DNA from: Eledone cirrhosa
Taxonomy: Eukaryota
Assembly (NCBI GenBank): GCA_964016885.1
Contig: OZ024742.1
Coordinates: 192,510,001 to 192,574,000 of the forward strand
DNA length: 64,000 nucleotides
Direction: 5' to 3'
Positions 49,101 through 61,813 of this stretch are shown here, piece by piece. Each line of letters starts with the position of its first letter. Position 1 is the stretch's first letter. Made by a program: the position numbers and the translations under genes. The notes below the pieces were generated by a model that worked only from the letters and a program-made list of their open reading frames with translations, ran no database searches and was not told the DNA's origin.

Positions 49101-50708
49101 GAAGGGAGAGGGCAGGACTTGATGGTGGCAGGGATGCGGCTTGGTTAGGCATGGCAGTCTTGAAGAAGCACGGCGGGCAGGCAAAAGAAAGGGCTAAGGA
49201 GGGGATGGCGGCTGACAGAGCATTGATGCGGCATGGTGATGAATGACGATGCAGTGGGACGACGGCGTGCAGGGAACGGAGAGGGCAGGGGTTGACGGTG
49301 GAAGAGATGCGACTTGATTGCCTTTAGACTGCCATGCCTAGGCAGTGGAAAAGGTCGGGGAGTGGATGGCAGCTGACAGGGAAGGGATGCAACATGATGA
49401 GGCATGACGAAAGGGCAGGGTGCAGGGAGGCTGATAGGGCGTGGATGCGACATGCCAATTGAGTTGCACCTCTGGAATGTAGAGAGCACCGGGAGGCACG
49501 ATGATTGTTTGAGAAAACCGGGTGCAAGGCAGGATGTTTATCGGCCATACATGATCGGTAAGCTTTGGAGAAGAAAGGGATGAATTTTTGTTTAATTTTG
49601 TTAAATATGGTCAAAATGAATGTAAAAAGACTTACACAGGATCGTCTTCATGTTCGGTGCTGTCTTTGGTCTCAGATAATGGGCGGTTATGTGCGGCGCA
49701 GGAATAAACCATGCTGATGATATTTGAGCAAGTTGCTGACAGGGCAGGAATGCCGCATGGTGAGGGCATGGCGGCTGACAGAGCATGGCGGCTGACAGAG
49801 CATGGATGCGGCATGGTGAGGCATGACGATGCAGTGGGACGACGGCGTGCAGGGAAGGGAGAGGGCAGGGGTTGACGGTGGCAGGGATGCGGCTTGATCA
49901 GGCATGGAAGTCTTGAGCTCTCCCGGTGTGTAGGCAATGGAAATGGGCAGGGGTGACGGTGGCAGGGATTCGGCATGTTGAGCCGTGGCAGACCTTTGGG
50001 ACCACGGAGGGCAGGGAATAGAAAGGCCGGGGAATGAATTGCAGCTGACAAGGCAGAGATCCGCATGGTGATGCACAACCATGCAGTGGTTCGACGGCGT
50101 GCAGGGAAGGGAGAGGGCAGTGGTTGACGGATGCCTCATTATGCTACGGTAGTGAGACCACGGGAATTAAGTGAGCGCATGGAGGCTCGATGATCGCTTG
50201 AGAAGACTGGGCGCAATACAGGGTGATGCGCGGCGGTATAGTCTTGATAGTCCTTACATAAGAAATGGAAGAATCGGCATAAAAGGTTTGCTGAATATGG
50301 TGAGCGTTAATTTAAAGAGACTTACGGTGGAAAATCCTGATAGATTGAACGTTCTTTGCATGGCGGGAGTCGCGACAAATCGAAGCAAGGAGAATGGTGT
50401 TTTTCGGTTGCCGGATTTTTGCTTCTGGGGGGGGGGGTCTGATTATCGATCTTTCGAAAATTTAATGTAGCCCACGTTCATTCCCGGATCAAAACACACA
50501 CTTGCGTCTAGTTTCATCGAAATCGGACGATTTGGGGCTTCTGGGGGCCCGATTATCGATTTTTCGATATTTTACGTAGCCTATTCCAATCAGCAGGTCG
50601 AGTTTTATATATGTGTGAAGTTTCATGAAAATCGGATGAACGGTGAAGCCTGCAAGTTCGGTTCACCAAACAAACAAACAACGCCCAACTTCACTTTATA
50701 TATAAGGT
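46158..50708 (-). mobile_element. Non-autonomous Helitron (~4.5 kb) with GC-rich internal repeats
   Basis: Minus-strand 3' end CCCGGGCAACGCGGGG...CTAG|T at 46158; 5'-type end CCTTATATATAAAGTG...GTTTGTTTG near 50707. Confidence 0.82.
47560..50330. repeat. Complex GC-rich higher-order repeat inside the Helitron
   Basis: GGCATGACGATGCAGTGGGACGACGGCGTGCAGGGAA modules; ~1042-bp offset duplication (48111-48722 vs 49153-49763). Confidence 0.9.
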
Positions 50709-50745
50709 ATTATAAATAGGTATTAGGACTTGTGCTCTGAAATTG

Positions 50746-50806
<61 letters not shown>

Positions 50807-50809
<3 letters not shown>

Positions 50810-52812
50810 GGAGGGTCATATTTGTGTAATATTGCCAGAATTAATAACAGAACACACTCACCGTTTGGATGGTTTTCGCTTTTCGCTTCTGTGTCTTTTA
50901 TATCGGTAATCTAATTTATTCGGTCCTCAATGTTGCCATTGACTGACCGACGGTCAAAAATAATACAGATACAATATAGACACAAACACATATATATAGT
51001 TTATCAAAGTTCTTTCGTTGCACATCTGTAACATCGTCAGTGGTGCTATTGTTTCCTCCCGTTAAATTGTATGTCTACGCCATTTTTATTTAGTCTGTCT
51101 ATATATTTATTTATTTATTTGTTTGTTTGTTTATTTTATTTTGTCTTCTTTGCGTATGCGTTTGCGTGTGTGTATAGTGTTTTGTTTGATGTGTGTTCGT
51201 GATTGGGTGTCTGTGTATCGGTTAATGTATTCTATCTTTACTAGTGTGTGTTTTTATGTGGTTGTTTTTATTGTGCTTGTGAATGTATTTATTTATTTAT
51301 TTATCTATTTATTTATTTATTTATTTATACTTCTCTTAGGTCAGTGTTGTTTGTTTGGGTGTTGTTGTTATTCCATTCATTCTTTCTGGTTAGTCTTGGC
51401 CTTCTAAGTTCTATTTCACTGGCCTCTCTGATTTGCCTATCTGCTGGGTCATTTCTATGTTTAGATATTATTCTAATTTCTATGTTGTCTATGTTACCGT
51501 CGTGTTGTTGTCTGGCATGTTCGTATAGTACTGCTCCGTTTTTTCGTCCTTTTAGTTCCCCCCAGTTTTGGTCTATCCTTTCAGCTATGCTACGAGCTGT
51601 CTCGCCTATGTATGTTGTTGTCATGTTTCTGCAAGTACCCTCTGTACATCTTATGCTATAGACTACGTTTCTAGTTTTACAGTTTATCCGGGGGTTTACC
51701 TTACATATGATCCATCTCCTATTAGTACAGTGGGTTTCTTAAAAAGGTAGGTTTTGCTGATCAGGGATTTTATGGTGGTCCCTGGCTTTTCTACCACCTT
51801 AATCTTTAAGTGGGTCTTTCTCAGGGATTTTCTACACTGGTTAGCTAATTTCCCTCCAGGGGTAGCGTCCACAAACATGACACTCTGGTATCTCTGGTTG
51901 TCGTACCATGAGGTGGCTTTCCCTATCTTATGTCTAGCCCTATCTAAGCTATTCCATGATATGCTCCTGTATAATGGGCAAATTCCTTTCATGTCCAGTT
52001 CTATGAGGGTCTTATACTTCTCCATTACTCCTTCGTATACTCTGACTCTGTCTCTTTGGTTGTAGCCAGAGAACTGCATGCGGTTGATGAAGTGTTGGAT
52101 GTGTCTCTCCATTTCTGTTGGGTCGCATATGCGGGACACATTCTTCATCACTCGTACCAAATCTGCGATCAGAATATTAAACTTAGCACTACTGGACTTT
52201 GCTGAGTTTTTGAGTATCAGGTATTTGGAGGCCATGGGTTTAGCATAGTGTGAGTGGAGAATGTTGGCTCTCTCGTCTATAGTGTTAATCCAGAGTTCCG
52301 TGTCTAATACAGGTAGTCTATTGTTAGGGTGTTTGGAAGGGAAGTCGATAGTTACAGTTATACTCTGGTGTATGGAATTAGCTATCTGCTGGATGCTTTC
52401 CATTGTACTACGTTCTAAATCAAACTTGTTAGTGCTCTCTAGTGGGGATGTTCTTATAACTATATTGATATCGTCTACGTAACGAGAGTACATGATGAGG
52501 TCTATAGAGCTCTCATTAAGGAGATCTTTAAGTCTCCTTTCCCACCATACCATGAAAAGGTTGGCAACGTCACCAGCTATGCTGACGCCAATGGCTGCTC
52601 CCTCATTTTGGGTGTAGATCTTCTCGTTGAACTTGAATATGTGGCCCTTTAGGGTAGTTTTGATACTAGCCCCTATTGCATGTGCGACCATTTTTCTTAC
52701 CTGATCATTGTTTTGGGGGGGTCCGTATAGCTTTGGCCCACCCAATCCACCTTCCCATGGGAGTCTTTTTTGCCATTGAGGTTATGGTGGGGGTCTACCT
52801 CTTATGGGTCTA
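50807..52812 (-). mobile_element. Penelope-like element 1, 5'-truncated (RT + GIY-YIG, 3' pLTR)
   Basis: QNEGAAIGVSIAGDVANLFM and YSRYVDD; after a frameshift, CKTRNVVYSIRC..YIGETARS..REA; decayed HHR at 51003-51044. Confidence 0.9.
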
Positions 52813-52917
52813 CTATATATATATAGGTATTAGGATTGGTGCTCAGAAATAGCGATCGATACATGAATGTATGTATAGTATATTTGGCAATATACCGTAT
52901 GTTTAAATAAAAACATT

Positions 52918-53870
52918 TAGAATCATTTTGGCCCGAGTCATTTCACTCTCCATGTATAGTGACTTTAGGTACATCGGTATATTACTTGTACCCGGTGAAA
53001 TCTGAACTTAGACCACAAAGGGATGTAACTTACTACCACACATCCTTTACTCCGCCTCTGTACTTATTTTCAGTCAATGACAGCTCTCCTTTGGTCTACG
53101 AAATTGATCTGGTACTAAATAACGGTTTATACACTAGGCACAAAAACAGTAATTTTAGGGAGGGGAAATCGATTAAATCGACTCCGGAAGGATGAAAGGC
53201 AAAGTTGATCTCAGCGGGATTTGACTTTAGAATATAAAGAGCTGAAACAATTACTGCTAAGTAGTTAACTGACGCTCTACTGAATTTTAAAATAGACCGA
53301 CCTAACTCTTGTACTAAATAGCAACAACAATATTTTAAATTCGAGCCTATGAGGTAACTTTTACATCAGCAGTCTCCAGCCTTTTTACACCACGGACCGG
53401 TGTCATGCAAGACAATTTTTCCACGGACAGAGGGGTAGGGTTTTGTGTTGGTCAGGTCCACAAGAAAACACAATGAACTATAATCCTAGATGTCCACACT
53501 GCCTGTTGCAGACTGCCCATCAACATGAGATATTCTTCTTCACAAAATTCGATCACCAACATCAGTGTTTAAAGAGCAAAGGTCAAGTCCAGGCCATAAG
53601 GTGATATTATTAATCCAGTGCTTTGGCTGTCGACCCTAGCTTCGCTTACTGGCTAACTTTCCTTCTAGGCATAACTTACTCACATCATGAGTTGATCTTT
53701 TGATATTACAGTACAGTTTAAATACTCTTTACTTGATAACTGATGTGATTCGTTTAAGCTTAGAAATGTTGAGTAGCTCATTGATAGAGATATGATCGCT
53801 GAGTCGTTTGTTAGTCATAAGTCTCATGACTAACAATTAAGTAAATATTATATAATTTTATTATTAATTT
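52918..53870. repeat. Right arm of ~0.9-kb inverted duplication
   Basis: Reverse complement of 45190-46112. Confidence 0.92.
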
Positions 53871-55084
53871 TATTATTATATTTATACTGTAAATGTGACT
53901 CAACTCAACATAAGGTAGATTACGATAGTCAATAAAATCGACAAATTTCTCATTTTTTCTGTGCAGCTCGGTATCAAATGATCCACGGCCTAGTGGTTGG
54001 GGATTCCTGTTCTATATGATCACCCAATACCAGCCTAATCTTTCTCAAATCCCACCCGAACAACATAGAAAGTGGGAAACATATACTACACACAAAAAAA
54101 TGGCCACCACTATAACGCTTTGGTTATAAATCTGCTCGCTCAAATTTGAACTGAAGGAGAAGATTCATGGCCGAAGCGTCTTTCAATATAGCCCTTTCAA
54201 TCAGGTCTGACCTAAAAGATGAAATAGTCACAGCGGTAATATATTCAATCATACGTCTGCTTGATCAAAGCTGACCTCGTGCTAAACAACACTAAAATCA
54301 ACAATAACATTTCTAACTAGGGAGTTGTATTGGCAGGTAACTTAATTTGAGACCATGTTGAAACTAAAAAAATTATATCATGGAAAAGTCATTTTAGACA
54401 CCCCAAAACGCACAAACACTGTTAAATTTACTTTAAATGTCATTTTTCTTGATATCAGAAGTGTCGTAGCACTGCTTGCGAAGTAGAACTGTTACAGTGA
54501 CCAGGTCGCAAATTGTATGACGAAAACTTTAATTCCAAGAAATAAATGATAGCCGTAAAATAACTTCGTGTGTTTTTAAAAGGCCAAAATGACTAATCCA
54601 CGTTATAATTGATTTCTAATTATATTTCAATATAAAATAAAACAACAAAGTTCAAATCTCACCACTTTTTACTCCCACAATGCCAACAGTTGAATTAAAA
54701 CAACATTGATCCGATAATCAATTTAATGAGTAAACTTACAATATTATATTTAGAATTCCAAATTTTCTATTGCAAAATAATTTTTTTTGTTTACCGAAGA
54801 TCGTAAATAAACAAAGAAAAATAACATGTCAATAACTAAAACCACAAAATAGAATTTACGAAATAAAAAAAGACTGAAAAATAAAATATAGAATAATAAT
54901 AAAAAAAAATTATAATGTTAAGAACTAAATACTAAGCACTTAAATAAAAACAAATTAAAAATGAAAGTCTAAATTAACATTGAACAAAAATATGTAAAAA
55001 CAGATTTCCTGCTGTTTTCCTTATTAAGCATAAGTCACATCCAGTTGTTATTTACGAAGTAATTAATGATTTTCAACAATAACA

Positions 55085-55348
55085 ATAATATATATATATA
55101 ACAATAACAATAATATATATATATACAGTATATATATATGAATGTTTATGTATATATATATATAAATGTATATGCATATATATATATACACACCTACACA
55201 CACACAAACATATACGCATATACATATATACATTTATATGTTTATATATACACCACAAAACACACACACACACACATATATATAAATACCTTCATATATA
55301 TAAACATATATATATATATGAGTGTGTGTGTGTAAGTGTGTATGTATA

Positions 55349-55392
<44 letters not shown>

Positions 55393-55515
55393 CACACTTA
55401 CACACACACACTCATATATATATATATGTTTATATATATGAAGATATATATATATATATATACATACACACTTACACACACACACTCATATATATATATA
55501 TATGTTTATATATAT
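55085..55515. repeat. Compound (TA)n/(CA)n microsatellite
   Basis: Directly visible. Confidence 0.95.
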
Positions 55516-55727
55516 GAAGGTATTTAGTGTTTTAATTTAAAACATTCATTGACTATTTTAATTACGTCACGTATCACTTCTTTTGTCACTTCGTCACTCG
55601 GATTGAATGGAAGATATTGTCAAGTGAATTAATTGCTCTAATATTCAATACAACTTCTACATAGGGAATCAAAGACGAAGCCTGTACATAGTTGCTAAAT
55701 CTCTCTTCTATTCTCTGCATACACACA

Positions 55728-55820
55728 CTTTGCCTTTCATCCTTACGGGGGTCGATAAAATAAAGTACCAGTAATGCACTGGGTAATTGCTGGCCTTGTG
55801 CCAAAAGTAGAAACAATTAA
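55728..55820 (+). mobile_element. SINE S1 3' fragment
   Basis: Matches 8657-8750. Confidence 0.85.
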
Positions 55821-55865
55821 TATATATATTTAAAACACACACGGACACACGCAAACATATATATA

Positions 55866-55912
<47 letters not shown>

Positions 55913-55916
<4 letters not shown>

Positions 55917-56104
55917 ATGTTCAAGACCCCGACGGCAGAGCTCAAGCCGTTTCGACGGCTATTTCTGGGTCCAGAAATAGCCGTCGAAACGGCTTGAGCT
56001 CTGCCTTCGGGGTCTTGAACGTTTTCCTAATACCCACTCTACTACCCTAAGTATTGAGTACTCTGCTACTATGGTCCACGTGGTTCCTTACCACACTTCC
56101 TTCG

Positions 56105-56106
<2 letters not shown>
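55913..56106 (+). mobile_element. pLTR-like short element with 114-bp near-perfect palindromic head
   Basis: 56-nt arms (54/56 match) around GT at 55969-70; tail shared with the 12027 element. Confidence 0.7.
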
Positions 56107-56195
<89 letters not shown>

Positions 56196-56257
56196 TATAT
56201 ATATATATAATGAGTTTTTTTTTATGAAAAAAAACGAGATATCCTACACGAGTGAAA

Positions 56258-56532
56258 GTATAAGGAAAAGAAATCGAAAATGCAACTGGAGTCATTTTAA
56301 GAATATTTATTTGTTTCCTTTACCGGTTTTTCAGTTCTTATACTTTTCAAAAGTAGAATTGAGATGGGGGCCTTGTGGTTTTTCTCGCATTTGATGCGAG
56401 ATGAGAGAAAAACAACAAACTCTCCATCTCAATTCTAATTTTGAAAAGCATAAACACTGTGAAGCAAGTAAAGGAAACAAATAAATATTCTTAAAAAGAC
56501 TCCAGTTGCATTTCCAACTTCTTTTACTTATA
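56258..56532. repeat. Fold-back inverted repeat with decayed HHR-like motif
   Basis: ~125-bp arms; minus strand reads AAGAA-CTGAAAA...GAAAC...TA-TTCTT. Confidence 0.75.
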
Positions 56533-56729
56533 TATATAAATATATAATAGGATAAATCGAAGTTTTAGCTGTTGTTCAACAAGTACTATTCGATTTGTTT
56601 TAGGCAATGACAAAGCACTCAATGTGACACAAAGAAAAATGATCGAAGGCACAGGTCATACATATAACACAACGATGATAGATACACAAAGGTATATATA
56701 TTTATCTATCTATATATGTATATAAATAA

Positions 56730-56781
<52 letters not shown>

Positions 56782-56911
56782 ATGAATGTATATACAGTGT
56801 ATTTTGCAATACACTGTATGCTTAATTAAAAGCATTTCGAAGACCTTATGCTATTGTTTTAGAGTGGTGACAGACTCATTTACTTTAATTTTCAGCAAAC
56901 AGGGGAGATAA

Positions 56912-56956
56912 AGCTGACAAGGCCCTGTTTCGCATTTATTGATGCTTATCAAAGCC
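56912..56956 (-). ncRNA. Type I hammerhead ribozyme, U3-A8 core variant
   Basis: GGCU-UUGAUAA-GCAU caauaa AUGC-GAAA-CAG ggcc UUG-UC-AGCU; stem I extended by UUUCAGCAAACAGG/CCUGUUUGCUGAAA. Confidence 0.78.
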
Positions 56957-57230
56957 AACTACTCTTCCTGTTTGCTGAAATCATGGATGTTTGGTTCTCA
57001 TAGAATTCTAGTAAATAATGAGGAACTGATTATACAGAGCGGTTGCCGGTCAAGCGGAAATTGAAAATTAGAAATGATGCTCTGAAATAGCTATATATAT
57101 ATGAATGTATATATAGTGTATTTTGCAATACACTGTATGCTTAATTAAAAGCATTTCGAAGACCTTATGCTATTGTTTTAGAGTAGGGACAGACTCACTT
57201 ACTTTAATTTTCAGCAAACAGGGGAGATAA

Positions 57231-57275
57231 AACTGACAAGGCCCTGTTTCGCATTTATTGATGCTTATCAAAGTT
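57231..57275 (-). ncRNA. Type I hammerhead ribozyme, U3-A8 core variant (second copy)
   Basis: AACU-UUGAUAA-GCAU..AUGC-GAAA-CAGGGCCUUG-UC-AGUU. Confidence 0.72.
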
Positions 57276-57342
57276 CCTGATTATTTACTAGAATTCTATA
57301 AGAAGAAAACATCCATGATTTTAGCAAACAGGAGGCGTAGTT

Positions 57343-57427
57343 GGCTTTGATGAGCATCAATAAATGTGAAACAGGGCCTTGTCAGCTTTGATAAACATCA
57401 ATAAATGCGAAACAGGGACTGTCAGCT
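57343..57427 (+). ncRNA. Two overlapping tandem hammerhead motifs (UUGAUGA and UUGAUAA cores)
   Basis: GGCU UUGAUGA GCAU..AUGU GAAA CAGGGCCUUG UC AGCU UUGAUAA ACAU..AUGC GAAA CAGGGACUG UC AGCU. Confidence 0.65.
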
Positions 57428-57593
57428 TTATCTCCCCTGTTTGCTGAAAATTAAAGTAAGTGAGTCTGTCACTACTCTAAAACAATAGCATAATGTCTTC
57501 GAAATGCTTTTAATTAAGCATACAGTGTATTGCAAAATACACTATATATACATTCATCTATATATATATAGCTATTTCAGAGCATCAATTCTA

Positions 57594-57646
<53 letters not shown>

Positions 57647-57649
57647 CTT

Positions 57650-58527
57650 ATAATAAAGACACACGCACCTGTTGGTTTTCACTTCAATTTATTATAGATT
57701 TCCGGTTGGTTGGTTCGATAACCGGATGGTTGTTTATATATTGTAAAAGCTCTTTCGTCACACATTCTGTGACCTCCTCAATGACTGGGTTTTTATTTTA
57801 TCTCTCCTTTGTTCTGTCCTACACCATTTTACTTTTGTGTCACAAAACAAAAACAAAATGGTGTAGGACAGAACAACGGAGAGACACAAAATAAAAGCCC
57901 AGTCACTGAGGAGGTCACAGAAAGTGTGACGAAAGTGCATTGACAATATATAAACAACAATCTGGTTATGTAACCAGCCAACCAACCGGAAATTTATAAA
58001 AATTGAAGTGAAAACCAACAGGTGCATGTGTTTTCATTGGCAACATTAGCCTCCCAAAGTATAACCATATTTGTTTCAACACAAGTTTTCAGATAAGAAA
58101 TCTTGCAAACAATTTAAAAAACGAAATATATATATAGACATAGAACAAACAACCAAACAGTAACATGTAAATAAACAAATAAATAAACAAATAAATAAAC
58201 AAATAAATAAATAAATATATACACACACAGACACCCGGATGTAACACATGCGCAAACAAAGCACACAACACACACACAAACAAGATGGCGTAGGACAGAA
58301 CAAAGGAGAGGCACAAAAACAAAGAAAAGAATCCCCAGTCACTGAAGAGGTCACAGAATGTGTGAGGAAAGAACTTTGACAATATATGATCAATCGTCTG
58401 GTTGTGGAACCAACCAACCAACCGGAAATTTATAAATTCCTAAATTTATAAATTTAATTTATAATAAATTGAAGTGAAAGCAACTGGTGCGTGAGTTTCT
58501 TATTGGCAACATGACCCCCCAAAGTAT

Positions 58528-58532
<5 letters not shown>
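57650..58532. mobile_element. Penelope pLTR cluster: one inverted and two tandem pLTRs with minimal HHRs (57743-57785 -, 57902-57944 +, 58338-58380 +)
   Basis: GUCA-CUGARGA-G-GUCAC..GUGAC-GAAAG..U-UGAC; flanks homologous to the 3' end of PLE 1. Confidence 0.78.
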
Positions 58533-58579
<47 letters not shown>

Positions 58580-58661
58580 GTTATTCCGGGTTGAATCGGA
58601 GGTAACCACAGTAAGTAAGGTACTCAATACATAGCAGAGTATAACAGTTTTAATATAGATG

Positions 58662-58712
58662 AGATTCTACAGGACTAGAACTGTTTCATTCATTAGAAAT
58701 CATCAGGAATCT
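58662..58712 (-). ncRNA. Type I hammerhead ribozyme motif in pLTR-like sequence
   Basis: AGAUUC-CUGAUGA-UUUC uaau GAAU-GAAA-CAG uucuaguc CUG-UA-GAAUCU; 6-bp stem I, weak stem II; TATAAA ~30 nt upstream. Confidence 0.68.
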
Positions 58713-59249
58713 GGGTATCAAAAAATAAATATGGTATTTATAGGTCTCTACAAGTGGTAGGAGAGGGTGGGGAGTGGGATGGGTGCAGATCATTGGTTGA
58801 TAGAAAAGGGAATTCATTAAAAGCTAATTCTACAAAGCTATAGTTAATTTTTATTTTTATTTATATTTATTTATGTTTTTAGAGTAACAGAGGCAGACAG
58901 AATTCTATAAACAGGTTCCGGATGGCATACCATTCCTTGTCAATAAGTTTCTCTTAAGCTAACAGATGTCTATAAAATCAGTGGGGGGTCAGTCATGCTC
59001 GATAGAATTAAAGAAAAGGGAGATTCTTTAAAAGCTAAAGTCATTAAGGTTCTACTAAGTGACAAAGGTCTAGAGAATTCTGCAGACAGATTCAAAATAC
59101 TGAGTGCATATCTTACTATTATCTTCGAACTTCTCTTAAACTAATCAACAATATGCCAAAATCAACAGACACATTCACAAAAAAACAAAAAAACAAAAAA
59201 ACAGAAAAACAAAAAAACACACATAAAAAACAAAAAAACACACATACTC

Positions 59250-61680
<2,431 letters not shown>

Positions 61681-61813
61681 AGACACCTCTACAGGCGGAA
61701 AATGTAGATACGAAAGAGGTACTCACATGACCATAGTGGCCGTATTTCAGGTTGAGGAGGGGTGGGGGTAGGGTGGTGGGAGGAGGTATAGGGGCCAATA
61801 GGGGAGGTCGTTT

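Larger units (their letters stand above)
56782..57598. mobile_element. 319-bp tandem + inverted monomer carrying U3-A8 hammerheads (retrozyme/pLTR-like)
   Basis: Unit starts at 56782 and 57101; inverted permuted unit at 57273-57598; four HHR motifs. Confidence 0.8.

Noticed and set aside
47861-50139. Overlapping Pro/His/Cys-rich ORFs
   Set aside because: Open in several frames because the GC-rich repeat lacks stops; no consistent frame between duplicated units.
45190-53870. Large DNA transposon with 0.9-kb TIRs
   Set aside because: No transposase or TSD seen, and the arms are mosaics of unrelated old repeats; treated as an inverted duplication.
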